Positions 13,762 to 27,882 of a stretch of DNA of 64,000 nucleotides are shown piece by piece. A model generated the notes under the pieces. It searched no databases, had not been told where the DNA came from, and saw only the letters and a program-made list of their open reading frames with translations. The first letter of the stretch is position 1, and the number at the start of each line of letters is the position of its first letter. Origin of the DNA: Flaccisagitta enflata (lineage: Eukaryota); NCBI GenBank assembly GCA_965153355.1, contig OZ231126.1, forward strand, positions 48,422,001 to 48,486,000. The letters are read 5' to 3'. A program made the position numbers and the translations under genes.

Positions 13762-15463
13762 CGAAACAACAATCACATCGCCAGCTACGACGATTGAAAC
13801 AGGGTCAACTAGTATGACATTGTCGGGCGACCACCGCACAAGATCATTTCCGTTATTCTCCTCCCTTATCGCCTCAACAATACTACCAAAGCAACAACAA
13901 CAGTTTGAGGAACAAAGACAACAACAGCAGATGGAAGAACAGCGACGACAACAGCAACAGCTTGAGGAGCATCGACAACAGCAGCAACAGTCAGAGGAAC
14001 AGCGACAGTTAGAGGGGAGACGACATCATCAGCCGGACGTGCAACAACCACAGCAGCAACATCCTACTCTGACTGATCAACCCTCGTCTGTGAATTCGAT
14101 GTATCCAATATCATGTTCAAAGGCATCGGCCGATGCCAATCTGGTTTCTTCACCTTCCGAAGTTGCTGCCGCAGCTTTATCGACTTCTGAAAGTCTTACT
14201 TCTCTTCCTCAGCTCGTCACTTCTTCCACGAACGGCTCGTCGATCGATCGGTCAATTGAAAAGCATTCGTCACATCCGACATCATCATCACCCACCGAAA
14301 CGCCTCCAAATCCACTCCCGACTTCCGCGACTTCAGTCCACTCACATCATGCTAGTAACTCGTCAGTTTCTCCTGAAGAATCCCATCCGTCTTCTCACCT
14401 CTCGCCTCATCACGATAGACAACAGCGATCAACATCATCTGCGCCGGCTTGCTCCGTAGATACCTTTCCTCCTGATCCGCCTCCTTCCTCTCAACCATCT
14501 CATTCCCCTTCTTCTCGTCCTCCTCTTCACCCATCCTCCTCCTCAAAACGTCATCGATCACCCGTCTTGCTTACTCTGCCGCCTCGCAGTTCGCCACCCC
14601 CAACTCCATGCGAAGATATGGACACGGAGACGGAAATCGACGTCACTGGTTTGGATACCACCGGAGATAAGTCTCTGCAACTCATAGACGATGGGGAGGA
14701 GGAAGAGGAGGGGCGAGAGGAGGATGTGACGTTAAGACCGGCTGATGAGTCGACGGGTAGTTTGGAAGCGACTTCGACGAAGGAAATGGCGGCTCGAGTG
14801 GCGAGGGATTTGGAGCAAATCGAATCTGATTGCTCGCAAGATGGATCCTCATGGAGGTGGAAGAAGATCGAGGAGAGAAGACGTCGTTTAGGTGAGAGAA
14901 AGAAAGATGGAGGAGGAGGAGGAGCTGGAGGAAAAGAAACAGAACCACCTGCCTCACTAGCTCCAGAGAGTGAAATAACCACAGATGTTATTCCTTCTAA
15001 GACGACTTCCACGCCACCTGCTGATCGCGCTGCCTCCGAATCAAATGAAAAGGAAGGCGACCAGGAAACACAAGGCTTCTTCCTATATGTCCCCGACAAT
15101 CGTAACAACAAAAACGAGACCACGGTCGATTCACGTGAACAAGACGCGACGGAAATTCACGGCAGCGGTGGCGCCATCTCCAAGTCGCTGGCGGGTCTCT
15201 TTCAAGTCGCGCGTAAAATGGAGGAGAAAGAAGCGAAACTAAAATCAACGCCGTCGACGACGGCAGCGTCGCGCCATCGTTTCAAACTAGAGTTTCTCCA
15301 CGGTGGCGAAAAGGACGATTCGAGGTCGTCGTCTTCTGCCGCTGCGGATACCACGTTGACTATGATGTCGGCGACATCGGGCAGACCGGCTCATCGCTAT
15401 TGTCTCCATACGGGGACACAATGCCTCATCACTTCTCTTTTCAAGACTCTCAACGACGCGCAG
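13194..15463 (+). CDS. FLASH-like gene exon 6 (Q/T/S/P-rich)
   Basis: Acceptor ttttggcag|CT, donor CAG|GTCAGT; matches the 769-aa ORF; phases 1/0. Confidence 0.82.
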
Positions 15464-16783
15464 GTCAGTCAGTCAGTAGGTCGTGACGGTTTTTAACCAT
15501 CATCAGCGATTGCTTTGGCCGATTCTTAGGATTGGGTTAAAGATCGAGCTAATATCCTCAAACGTCAAAATAGTGTTAGGCTGAACTCGAAAATTATTAT
15601 TAGTCTCTTGTTTTTTTTTTTAAGTTGAATTCCATTAATCCCTTTGTAATGCGACCAACGGGAACTCGAGAAGAACGAACATCTCTCCATGATGACAGTT
15701 GCTGTCGATGGTGAGATTAATACTCCCTAATCCCCAGCGTTCGCAAAAAAAAATCAAATTACAGACCTTGCTATTAAGCTTGATATTGGACTAGAGCAGT
15801 CTTTTTTAAGATCTGACTATACTTGAAACAGTTTACAAACATGAATTCTTAATTTCTACACATTCAGTTTGTCTCAACCGACCGATCCAGACAAGGGAAA
15901 TTCAATGTTATTAAGGAAAATGATTATAAAGAATTCATTGGACGTCATTGGTGATGAAAATATTGACGATGAAGACATTTAAGACAATGAACACTACAAT
16001 CGCAGTGATAATTATCATTTGATTTTATTTAGTAATGTTAGATGAAAGAAAAACACTTCCTATATTTGAATGCTCTTTGATCTTTTTCCATAGAAAGGGC
16101 TTCTCAGCGACCACTAAAGAGGGAAATCTGCAGATCTCTTGCATGAAAGAAATCGAAGTGGTGTAAATGACAAAGCGCGGTAAAGCTGAAATAATTTCAT
16201 GAATATTTGTGGAACAAAATTAACGGGAATTGATTGAACCGGCTTTGCAAAAGTCCAATGGATGTCGTGTGACCGACACCATGGGGTGTGACTGTCCGCA
16301 ACAAAAATAGATGGAGGGAAAGAGTATTTTGACTATGGTCTACGTGTAAATTGGACAAAACCTGTTGCAGCACGTACCCAGGTTATTTCATCTTCTTGGC
16401 CTTGGAAAAAAATCATCATTTGCATGTTGCAGTACTTAGGTGGTTTTGCAAGAAAAGAATCATTCTCGGCGTCAAACATTTATCCACTCTCCTGATCAAA
16501 GAATCGCTTTGTAATACAAAGCAAAGAAGCGATTCTGAATAATTCAATTCCAATTTCTGTTTACTCACTGACATAATTGCGGTTTGTTCGAATCGATAAA
16601 CATGGACAAAAAGTTAGCTGAACTGACGGAATTAATGGAATTGCACCCCCGAGACATTGGCTGCCTATTAGTTAACTGTTATAAATGTGATGCGAGAAAA
16701 GTATTCCTGCAAGATTTCATTCGAGCTGCCTGAATGCATATGCGGTCTCCTACATCGCTTTATTTCTTCTTTCCCCATTACAG

Positions 16784-17551
16784 TTGGAGATGGCTGGAAT
16801 ACGTCGTCCTCGACGTCCTTCTTCCGCTTCCTCGACGTCTTCCGTTCATTCATCATCCTCCAGTTGTCGTCGTCATCATAATCGTCATTCGGGAGCCGCG
16901 ACGACGACGCCAACAAAAACCCCTCCTGCCTCCGTCGACCGTGTGAGGAAAAGGATCCTACTGTCACCGGAAGTGAAGAACGTCAAAGCAACGCCGGAAG
17001 GTAACACGTCCAAAATGTCGACTGCCGAGGCAACGCCGCCGCCACCGCGTTTAACGCCGCGGCGTCTCGCCGATGAACCGCAGTTCAAAAAGATTTGCGA
17101 AAAACCGCTAACAACTCAATCAAGTGGGAATTTTAGCTGTGCGGAAAACTTGGCATCAACGACCGCTTCCCCGATCGCCTCTACGGCAAGATCCTGGGCT
17201 ACTACCAAGCCGGCTCCGTCTCTCCCTTGCGCAGCGCCGTTGTTGTCACCAACAGCGTCGACTGTTCGATCCGTTGAGCCACTTCGACCAGGATCAGTCG
17301 GTCGCAGTCTTTCAGCGTCTCTAGAGGCTATGCTAACGGCGGAAAGACCGGAAAATGAAGAAACCTCCAAGAAAAAGTCGAAGAAGTCACAACAGCGGCA
17401 TCTTGATAAAACTGTTGAAAACGCGGCAAAGAAAAAAGCCCAGCTTGGAGGAGAAGAAAATGGAACTGCCAAGAAATCTGTCGAGACGAAAAAGTTGAGT
17501 GGTGGTGGGGAAGAGAAGAAAAATGGAAGGAAGAAAAGCGGAAAGACGTGA
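16784..17551 (+). CDS. FLASH-like gene probable last coding exon (basic C-terminus)
   Basis: Acceptor ccccattacag|TTG, phase 0, open to TGA at 17549-17551. Confidence 0.7.
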   Translation: MEMAGIRRPRRPSSASSTSSVHSSSSSCRRHHNRHSGAATTTPTKTPPASVDRVRKRILLSPEVKNVKATPEGNTSKMSTAEATPPPPRLTPRRLADEPQFKKICEKPLTTQSSGNFSCAENLASTTASPIASTARSWATTKPAPSLPCAAPLLSPTASTVRSVEPLRPGSVGRSLSASLEAMLTAERPENEETSKKKSKKSQQRHLDKTVENAAKKKAQLGGEENGTAKKSVETKKLSGGGEEKKNGRKKSGKT

Positions 17552-18049
17552 CGAATTTCACGCGTACGGAATACTCAAAAACCCACTTCGTTCAGAAAAG
17601 AGATTTTACCAACAAGGTCTGTTTACCATCTACGATTTCTCGTTTATTTCATTCAACACGCAATCAATCAATATCTTACGTTAATAGTTGTCAGCGGGAC
17701 TAAACTTGACTTGGGCCTTGGGGGCGGCATTATCTGCAGAATACATCTGCAACGCTCATCAATGAATTATCAACTCACAGTCGAAGGTTTTGTTTACTTG
17801 CGCCTCATGCGCTTAGTTATGTCTCTAGTTCCAGATTTGTGGAGATTCTTTACAGGAAACTCCTTTCATCGAATTAACCACTTTAGTTTGCTCTTTGCAC
17901 ATCTTTAGTCAAGACTCCTTCATGATATTTTCTGTCTAAACCGCCAATTTTAAATAGCCATAACAACGCGTTTCTTTAAGTATCCTCGTTATGTCATCAT
18001 TGATGTTCATTATTTGTTGGTTCTGTCGTTATTTTTCAACATTTTAGAA

Positions 18050-18645
18050 GTACAAGCGGTTGTTTTCATTGTTTCCGATTATTCCTACCCGGACACACGG
18101 TCAATGACTAGTCGCTGGCGGGTGGGCGGGGGCTGTAATACTCATGGCCGGATGCACGGGCCAAGACGGTGCGCCGGGCGTTATTATTTCTTAGACCTAT
18201 CCCTAGCTCCATCAGACCCATTCCTAGCTCTATCAGACCTATCCCTAGCTCTATCAGACCTATCCTGTGCTCTATCAGACCTATCCTAAGCTCTATCAGA
18301 CCTATCCCTAGCTCTATCAGACCTATCCCTAGCACTATCAGACCTATCCCTAGCACTATCAGACCTATCCCAAGCTCTAACCGTAGCTGATTACTTAAGT
18401 GGATGAAATGACGATGAACGAAATGAGCGTTCAATTGATTTCAAAAAATTTTAGCGATTTTTCATTCGAGCGTGACAGACGGATGGACGGACAGAGCCTT
18501 TTATGGAGGTGCTTTGGCGCACCCAAAAATCACCTCCAGTGATTTTTGCTTCTTTTAGAGATTTTCAACTCGAGCGTGACCGACCGACCAACCAACCAAC
18601 CAACAGACAGAGCTAGTTATAGAGGTGCTATGGCGCACCTAAAAA
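18050..18645 (-). mobile_element. HINE-like element(s) carrying a 21-bp tandem repeat (AGACCTATCCCTAGCTCTATC, ~9 copies, 18192-18378)
   Basis: GACC/GACG microsatellite, terminal GGTGC..GCACC hairpin present twice, internal minisatellite. Confidence 0.6.
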
Positions 18646-19271
18646 TCATAATTTCAGTCGATTTCGCGTCGTCCAGAATTTCGCGTTACGGACATACCTA
18701 CCTCCCTTCCTGCGGACACAGCCTTTAATAGAGTCGCTTAGCCAGCGACTAAACATTGAACTAATTAGGTACATTAGTCGGCAGTGTTTGTTAGTATCAA
18801 CCATTAAATGCATAAAAGTGTATAATTTAAAGAAAACTATGTAGAATACAATCAGTGAACGAATGTCGAATTGAGTACATAACAGAAGTTAAAAAGCGCG
18901 GGCTTGGACAATCGACAAAGACTTGATAAAGCAAGAATAATTATTAAATAAGAGAAATTGGACGACAAAACGCGCACTCGTAATCCTGACTTGGTACATG
19001 TATTCTTTACGCCAACGAAAAAATATTTAAATATTACATAATTGGTCGCAGTTGTCGCAAGGAGGGGGGGGGAAATCGTCGCAGGCGGTGGGTTTATACA
19101 TCGGTGCATTGTAGAGAAATCTTGAGTATGGATGAAACAAACAAAGTGATTATAAATTGTACAATACCAAATCACCTTAGACAGTATTCTCGAATTATCA
19201 TTTGCATTTGTGACCTGAACATCACTTGTGACAGATTCTTCCTATGTACCAACGATCTCTCCTTTATAAAA

Positions 19272-19436
<165 letters not shown>

Positions 19437-19649
19437 TCTCTCTCTCTCACACACTCTCTCTCTCTCTCTCTCTCGTTCCCTCTCTCTCGTTCCCTCTCTC
19501 TCGTTCCCCTCTCTCTCGTTCCCTCTCTCTCGTTCTCTCTTTCTCTCTCTCTCTCCTATCTGGCTCTCCTGCCAACCTAACTTCGTCTGTCTGTCTCTTT
19601 CTTTCTCTCTTTCTTTCCATCGGTCCTCTCTCTCTCGCTCTCGCTCTCG

Positions 19650-19689
<40 letters not shown>

Positions 19690-19878
19690 CCAATGGTTCA
19701 CTATTGAGCTTAACAATATTTTGAAAGACTTCGAGAAAGAACGCTTTTATCACATAAATTATAGGACGAACATAAATGGACTCAACGGGAGTATTACTTG
19801 GTTTTCAAGAATCAATCAATAAATACTTGCAATTATAAACGCTGACGTGAATCTTTGACGAAGACCGGGACCAATGTT

Positions 19879-21798
19879 AACAAGGCCAACACCTATAAGT
19901 CGCGTGCAGGACAAAAATAACTGAACTGACCTGACTCCTTATTGTATCTTTTTATCGAAAATCAAACTTAAACGCAACCCACAACAGACCCAAACCAGGC
20001 TCATACCAGACTCAAATGAGACTCAAACCAGAATTAAACCAGACCGAAACCAGACCTAAATCAGACATAAACCAGACATAAACCAGACATAAACCAGATT
20101 TAAGCCAGACTCAAACCAGACTCAAACCAGACTCAAACCAGACTCAAACCACACTCAAACCACACTAAAACCACACTCAAACCACACTCAAACCACACTG
20201 AAACCAGACTTAAACCAGACTGAAACCAGACCGAAACCAGACCGAAACCAGGCTCAAACCAGAATCAAACCAGAATCAAACCAGACTCAAACCAGACTCA
20301 AACCAGACACAAACCACACTGAAACCAGAATTAAACCAGACCAAAACCAGACCTAAATCAGACCTAAATCAGACCTAAATCAGACCTAAATCATACATAA
20401 ACCAGACAAAAACCAGACATAGACCAGACCTAAACCAGACCTAAACCAGACCTAAACCAGACATAAATCAGACATGAACCATTCTTAAACCAGACTTAAA
20501 CCAGACATAAACCAGACGTAAACCAGACTTTAACCAGACTTAAACCATACTTAAACCAAACTTAAACCAGACTTAAACCAGACTTAAACCATACTTATCT
20601 TTAATATCATTTTAACCAGCAGACTTAAACCAGCAGACTTAAACCATTAGACCAGCAGACTTAAAACATTAGATTTAAACCAGCAGACTTAAACCAGCAG
20701 ACTAAAACCAGCATTTTTAACCAGCAGACTTTAACCAGCAGACTTAACCCATTGGATTTAAACCAGCAGACTTAAACCAGCAGATTTAAACCAGCAGATT
20801 TAAACCAGCAGACTTTAACCAGCAGACTTTAACCAGCAGACCTTAACCAAAAATGACCAAAAATGACCAAAAATGACCAAAATGACCAAAAATGACCAAA
20901 AAGACCAAAAATGACCAAAAATGACCAAAAATGACCAAAAATGAACAAAAATGATCAAAGATGATCAAAAATGACCAGAAATGACCAAAATGACCAACAA
21001 TGACTAACAATGACCAAAAATGACCAAAAATGATCAAAAATGATCAAAAATGACCAAAAATGACCAAAAATGACCAAAAATGACCAAAAATGACCAAAAT
21101 GACCAAAAATGACCAAAAATGATCAAAAATGACCAACAATGATCAAAAATGATCAAAAATGACCAAAAATGACCAACACTGACCAACACTGACCAACACT
21201 GACCAACACTGACCAACACTGACCAACACTGACCAACAATGACCAACAATGACCAACAATGACCAACAATGACCAAAAATGATCAAAAATGATCAAAAAT
21301 GACCAAAATGATCAGAAATGACCAAAAATGACCAAAAATGACCCAAAGTGACCAAAAATGACCAAAAATGACCAAAATGACAAAAAGTGATCAACAATGA
21401 TCAAAAATGATCAAAAATGATCAAAAATGGCCAAAAATGACCAAAATGACCAAAAATGACCAAAAATGACCAAAAATGACCAAAAATGACCAAAAATGAC
21501 CAAAAAAGACAAAAACTGATAAAAAATGATCAAAATTGATCAAAATTGATCAAAAATGACCAAAATGACCAAAAATGACCAAAATGACCAAAATGACCAA
21601 AATGACCAAAAATGACCAAAAATGACTAAAAGCAACCAATAATTGCCAAAAATAACAAAAAAATGACTCAAAAAAACTCCAGACGACCCAAAAAGACACA
21701 AAAAAGCTAAGTGTTACCGACCGACCGACGGACCGACGGACCGACGGACCGACGGACCGACGGAGCGGATTGTAGAGTCGCGTGCACGCGACTAAAAA
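19879..21798 (-). mobile_element. Family A HINE-like element expanded by ~1.6 kb of internal satellite
   Basis: Same termini as 3489-4023 and 34937-35166; arrays of AAACCAGACT, AAACCAGCAGACTT-like and ACCAAAAATG units. Confidence 0.75.
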
Positions 21799-22048
21799 GT
21801 TGAGATAGCCCGCATCTCAGCTTGGTGAAATATGAATCAAAAGACGGAAAGTTGTACGTCAATATCATTGCTGCGCCGGATATTTGTAGTACCGCCTAGC
21901 GGGATACGGTTTCGGAATGATCTATTTGCTACTGAGGTCATGGACTGGTCATAGTGTCCGCTAAATATTGCATTTTTTCAAACCCGGATCGGCCGATTTC
22001 TGAGGATCATAGAAAAGAAATTTCTCCTTTACAGAAGCAGGGTTAATA

Positions 22049-22412
22049 CAAGGTGTGGACCCCCTAAAACTGTAGCACCCCGTTACAGATCAAACTATAG
22101 TAATAGGTAGTTTGTATTAAATTATTAATTGTAATTTAGGATTATATAAATGGCGTTACTAATGAGATTTTAAAATTTCCACTTTAATTTAGAGTTATAA
22201 TACAAAATCCTTGATTTTATAAATATTTTTAAAAAATTAATTTTAACATTTTTATAAGTAATATCTTAAGAGTTAGAAGTCAAAATTTAAAAATCGCTTT
22301 GGTGACGCTACTTATACTGATACAAACATTCTCTTTTTACTTCAAAAGTCTGTAATATAATTGATTAAAGCTGTTGGTGGGGTGGCTACAATTTTAGGTG
22401 GTTCACACCTTG
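22049..22412. mobile_element. Tc1-like MITE
   Basis: TA-CAAGGTGTGGACC...GGTTCACACCTTG-TA, AT-rich palindromic interior. Confidence 0.72.
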
Positions 22413-22512
22413 TATTTAACACTTCTCTGTAAGAAAGACCAGCGTGTTGTTGCCATAGTTTAGAAACAAGAGCGGCGGATTGGCAGGTTATCATCCTTCG
22501 TATTCATCGATG

Positions 22513-22568
22513 TCATCGTTGGGACTGTAATCGAACATCTTTCGACGCAGCTTTGGTCATCACAGAAC
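22513..22568 (-). CDS. Possible terminal coding exon of the INO80D-like gene
   Basis: Polypyrimidine tract plus cag acceptor; phase-1 join gives GSVMTKAASKDVRLQSQR*. An alternative donor would change the frame. Confidence 0.35.
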
Positions 22569-23601
22569 CTGACCGGGATGAAGAAAAGAAAATTGTGGAT
22601 TAACCTGAACGTGGTTGTGTAGATGGTGTGTAATAATTGTGTGAGAGACCTGGGTCATTCCGCTTGAGGGATGGAAAAACCGCCTGTAAACGTCAAGATG
22701 GCAGAGTATTGCGAACAGACCGACTAGAGACATCTTATGAGAGATGCGGAGTTAAAGGGGTTTGCAGATGGGGAAGAAAATCAAAATGGAAAAAAGAGAA
22801 AGAAAATTTGGGGAAAATATAACTTTTGACAGTACCAAACCATAAAAACAGGATGAGCAAAAAATTTTGTACTTGGTCTAAAGCTTGATAACTATACTTG
22901 TTATGGGAGTAATGAGCTAAAATTTGAACCAGAGTATCTCGGTTAATTATACTTTAAATAAAAACTAAGAACGGCTAAGAATGGCCATGACATGTACTTA
23001 AGAAAAAAAAATGAAATTTTGTCATGATTTTATTTGCAGAGCTTTATATTCAAAAATGAAGGTTTTTGAACTTTATTGCCCCCCTAGATGTATAAAGGGG
23101 AGTTAGTCAGGTCATCTAGGAGGGGTTTCAGCCATCAAAAGTGATATAGCAATCAAACTCAGATAAATGTTTTTCACCAAAAAAAAAAATCTTTTGTAAC
23201 TTTTTACTTACGTCCCTGTTGGTCTATTCTGCGGTCTACCATTTATCATTTTTTTTATCGAAAGTATGAAAAAAAACCTAGTGTTTAATTCTGGACATTA
23301 AATTGAAAGAATTTTTCCAAATCTAGGTGTCTTATTAATAGATTTGATAGGTAGTACGAAATTTTTTGCACACCCTGTTAGAATTAGAATTCAAAAAGTC
23401 GCACTTTTAGTATAGGAAAAAAGTGTGTCTTGGACCTATAGAATTTTCTGCCACCCTGCCCCTAGACAAATATTCCATTAGCATGGCATGGATGTCTGAA
23501 TTGTTGTTTGTGTCTGCAGAACGTTTTTTGTTGTCACCATCTATGCACCCCAATTAGGTGAGCAATTTCCTTCATTTCACAGTGAGAATCTAGCTGGTTA
23601 C

Positions 23602-24378
23602 CTTGCTCCAATGGTGATCTCGCTTCTTCTGTTGGGAGACCAAGGATAGTGAGAATATCCATTTGGGAGCCGTTGAAAGCCGGAGGGGATGCTACCCCAG
23701 AGGATGCCGAGGGTGACCCAGAAGCAGCGGAGGAAGACGATGAAGAGGAAGAGGAATAAGAGCAAAAAGACTGAAGGGACGAATGTTGCGGCGAATTGTT
23801 CACTCCGTCAGCCTTGATCCTCGAGCTGATCGATGGGACGGAAGCAGCCTCTTGTTCTTTCGCCGCGAGGCTGCGTCTCTTTCTTGCGCCAAGTTGCTGC
23901 GACTGCGAAGCGGATGGAGCTTGCGGTTCATGGGCGTGTTGCTGTAGGTCCTTCAGTGGTCGGATATCATTGGAATGCGACGTCTGCGCAACAGACGGTT
24001 GCGGCATCGGCGATCTCTGCTGAAGATGGAGTGGATCGTCGAGATCTCCAGCCAGGGATGAGTCGGTCGTGGGATACGCAAAGTCGTCGAGAGAGCTGGC
24101 TCCGCCTTCGGAAGAACTGCATTCCATAAGCATGTCGATCATGTTGCTGTGGCCGCCAAACAAGGCCTCTAATGAATCCTCTACTTCTTGCGACGCCTGT
24201 TGTTGTTGCGGTTGAACTGTCTTTTCCCCAGCTTTAGCGACCAATCCTAATACGGTCTCTAACGCCTGCGATTCTTCATCGCTGACGGTAGAGTTGTAGC
24301 ATCCAATGAGGCTTTCAAATGCCTCGTCGGGAATGCTGCTCAGCACGTCGGTTAGATCCAGGTGCTTATCAATCGATC
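23602..24378 (-). CDS. INO80D: INO80D-like exon with INO80D-type acidic helical motif
   Basis: atttcag|GA; LTDVLSSIPDEAF...SDEESQALETVL resembles INO80D FSDVLPRLPDD...TEEAEELERAL (from memory). 3' end uncertain: donor at 23601 or stop at 23534. Confidence 0.68.
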
Positions 24379-24536
24379 CTGAAATTCGATTCATAAAGAA
24401 TTTGTTATTTACAAACAGACGAAATGAATCAAGAAATTAGAGATCGGTTGTTCTCTATTTGGAGTGCTGCACAGTGACTTTAGCAATTAGTTTGTACCAA
24501 TAAAGGCGGCTAATCGCCGTAGGAAAAAATTCGTAA

Positions 24537-24597
<61 letters not shown>

Positions 24598-25009
24598 CAA
24601 GCTACTTGTTCCTTATTAAAATCTATGAGCAAGCAGGATAAAATGTGTCACTTGAAAGCTTGCATCATACAAGTTAAAGTTAATGTGTGTAACATGCAGC
24701 CTTTTCTTTTTTTTACATAGGGTTTGAATTTAAAATCAAAGAAAAAATGTTGCTCTTTGGGAAAATGCAAAGAAATAAAGATTCAAAAAATCATAATGCA
24801 AATGCTATTGATCGCACAGCATTTTGCTTGGCGTCATCCAAAAGAAAAATATCAGCTCTTTTTTAACTATTGATTTCATGGATAAGCTCATTTCACAGGA
24901 AAAAATTCTCAATTCTCATAAAAGGCAACAAAGGAGAAAATCAAATTTCTGCACAGGTCTACAAAAGTCGAAGTAATTCGAACTTCGGCTTTTTTTTGCA
25001 ATTACTCAC

Positions 25010-26570
25010 CTGGGGAAAGAGCTTGTTCCAAGGCAATGCTTAGATCTCTTGCCAAATCCTCCTCCTCGTCATCTTCTTCATCTTCCTCTCCTTCCTCCAT
25101 CGCTTCGCCCTCAGCTTCCTCATCATCTCCTTCTAATCTCTCTCCTTGTTCTTTTTCGTTCTTCAACCCTCCATCTACAGCGGCCTCGCTTGTTTCATCC
25201 TCTTCATCTTCTCGCATCACTATCTCCCTCTCCCTTTCCTCCTCTTCCTCCAACTCCGCTTCCATGGTTGTGTCGTCGTCGTCGTCGTCCTGTTCCACAG
25301 AAGGCATTACAGGAGATGACAACAACGACGACGGAAGTAACGAAGGCGATGGTGGTAGAGTGGAGGGAGGAGATGTGGGTATGACTGATGCTTCTCTGTC
25401 GGCAATCGAGTTGACTGGCTGTGGCAGCGAGGAGGAGGACGATGACGTCGGTGGCTCAACTATGAGATTAAAGCTTGGAGATTCATCCTCGGTCGTCGAG
25501 TGTAGCTGCGATACCGCGGTTTTCAACTGGGTATCTTTCCGTTGATGTATCAATGAAGAAGACGGGAGTGTAGACGATGGAAAATTCATTGGTGATGATG
25601 AAGATGTCACTGATGATGGTGGCGAGGATGATGCCAATGATAGTGATGATGATGATGATGCCGATGCAATATGAGAAACTAAGGAGGAGAAACTGAGTGA
25701 TGAAGGAGCTTGAACGGGCAGATATACGGCCGATACTGATTGATGATGCGAGCACGCCGCGGAAGAACCATTGTTTAATAACAATGGTGAAGGAGAACTA
25801 CAGCTCGGTATAGCGAAAGCTTCGGGGGTTGATGAAGATATCGATGACGGTAATGACAATGAAGTGGACGTCGGTGAAAATATCGATGGTGAAATCGATG
25901 AGAGTAATAACGAGGTCGATGAAGGCAAAATTGTAGAAGAGAGAATGGATGCGTCAGATGATGGGATAACTCGGTTGATAGCAATGTTTGTACAATCATT
26001 ATTTGATGAAGTAGATGTTAACGTCGGATATTTTAAAGCTACCGAATTGTCCCTTCCGTCAAGACTCATTTTCAAAGGCGTTACTATATCGAAGGAGGGC
26101 GTTGATAATGGCGAGCTGGAAGAGTTCGATGGATTCGAGCAAGTAATCGTTGAAGCAGTGACTGTCGTCGGAACTGATGACGACGACGACGACGAGGCCC
26201 CCAACATGGACCCGATGGACATGGACACGCATGGAGTTGGAATGAGGGAAGGTGCCAGGAAGGAGCAATTCATTCCTGATGTCATGGAAATTTTAGTAGT
26301 CGAATTCAATGTTGTTGACTGGCTAATCGGCGTATCGAGGGATGTGGTTGATGTCGTGGTGGTTATTGCGGTATTGGACTTGAGTGGTGACTTAGCCACG
26401 GGTTGAGTATGACTTGGGAGAGTGACTAATTGCGACATTGACGATGGGCAATACGAAAAAGGCTGTGTAGTAAAATGGAGATTCGAGCTATCCGTCACTT
26501 TCTCGGATGGAAGAGGCGGAGGAAGACGCGAATTCGCAAACGCCGTCTGAGCGTTATCCCGTTCCATTGT
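25010..26570 (-). CDS. INO80D-like exon (S-rich, acidic end)
   Basis: ttgacag|ACA ATG, 521-aa ORF, donor G|GTGAGT; phases 0/1. Confidence 0.8.
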
Positions 26571-27467
26571 CTGTCAATATAAATTAAGGAGGTAAATGAA
26601 AACTCGCTGAGATGTCTTTTTGCAAATTGGTCCAGAATGTTGATGGAATATCACAGGCGATTTGAGGAATGATATCTTAGGGTTTTGGACCCGTAGAATC
26701 CGATTCTGAGGTCAAAAATGGCCAAATCTGGCGGGATCCCCTCCCACACTCGGCCCTGATCGAGCAAATGGGCCCAGGAGTGAGCATTTCAACCGTTTTT
26801 TTTTCTTTTTGAGCTTGTTAATGGGAAACCACTTCTTTTTTTTCACGTAAATCAATTATCATAAAGCTGTAGAATTCATTGGTGATGGCCTGAGGGGTCT
26901 TTAACTACCATCTTTGGTGCAACCGGCCATAAACAAGCATTGTTGGCCCTAAATGAGCATAATTTGATAAATTTTGGCTCATTTTCAATTTTTTGCCCTT
27001 TGAACAAACAACCATTTCAATTTTTTTATGCAGTGTTTCTATCTTTCATGAGAATGACAAGCTGTATTTTGTTTGACCTGTTTTACAATGTGTCTGTCTG
27101 TCTGTCGGTCTGTCTGTCTGTCTGTCTATCTAAATTTATCTTACTCCACCTCTTGGTGTTGTTTCCTTCTACAACTCATTTTTCTCTCTCGCACTAAGTT
27201 AGCATGGGACATGAAGAGAGGAAAATGAAATCATAGACTCAGAATTACACGTGGACATATTGACAGAAAAAAACACAGACAGTCGCTTGATAAAAACGTA
27301 CAAGATGCATATGAGTATTTTGCTACCAAAAAAATGTTATAAGTACAGAATACATTTTTTTTTGACTAATCCAAACTACCTCTGGTCGCTGAAAAGAAAA
27401 AGAAACAAGCCTTGTAACAAGGAGAAAGTTTCATTTTTCTTTCTAAAATTTCTAAGAAAAACCTAAC

Positions 27468-27728
27468 CTTAGTTGGTTTATGCCTTTGTTGCAACGGCAA
27501 TCGTTGAGGCTGATCGCTGCGACGCTGAGCAAATGACGTGGCCACAGCAGAGCCTTTTCCCGTTGTGGCAACTAAGACTCCGCGAGTTGATGAAGGCGAC
27601 GACCCGATTTGAGCTTTATTTGGTTGGGAGTTGGCGACATTGTGTCGTGGGAATAGAAGCTGATCGGTAGAATGACTCAAATGTCGGTTGCAAAAACGGG
27701 TCATCGGAAAGGCGACCGTCGAGCATCG
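27468..27728 (-). CDS. INO80D: INO80D-like exon completing the zf-C3Hc3H-type motif
   Basis: cattacag|CGA: RCSTVAFPMTRFCNRHLSHSTDQLLF fits the INO80D/KANSL2 pattern C..CS...P[FM]TR.C..H.....Q.LF; donor AAG|GTTAGG. Confidence 0.72.
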
Positions 27729-27882
27729 CTGTAATGACAAGAAAAAGAGTAAAAAAGCTGTTTTAGGAATGTCAAACAGAATGTATTTACGACTATGCGA
27801 GAAACTTATGTTCAAAAGGAAAATCTCGGACTAAAAACAACGTCAAACTGAAATCATTTTGGACGACGTTTCATTGCGCTAC

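Noticed and set aside
15625..15710. Possible cassette exon in the FLASH-like gene
   Set aside because: Good splice sites, but its phase-2 end gives a stop or frameshift with the downstream acceptors; could be an NMD exon but unsupported.
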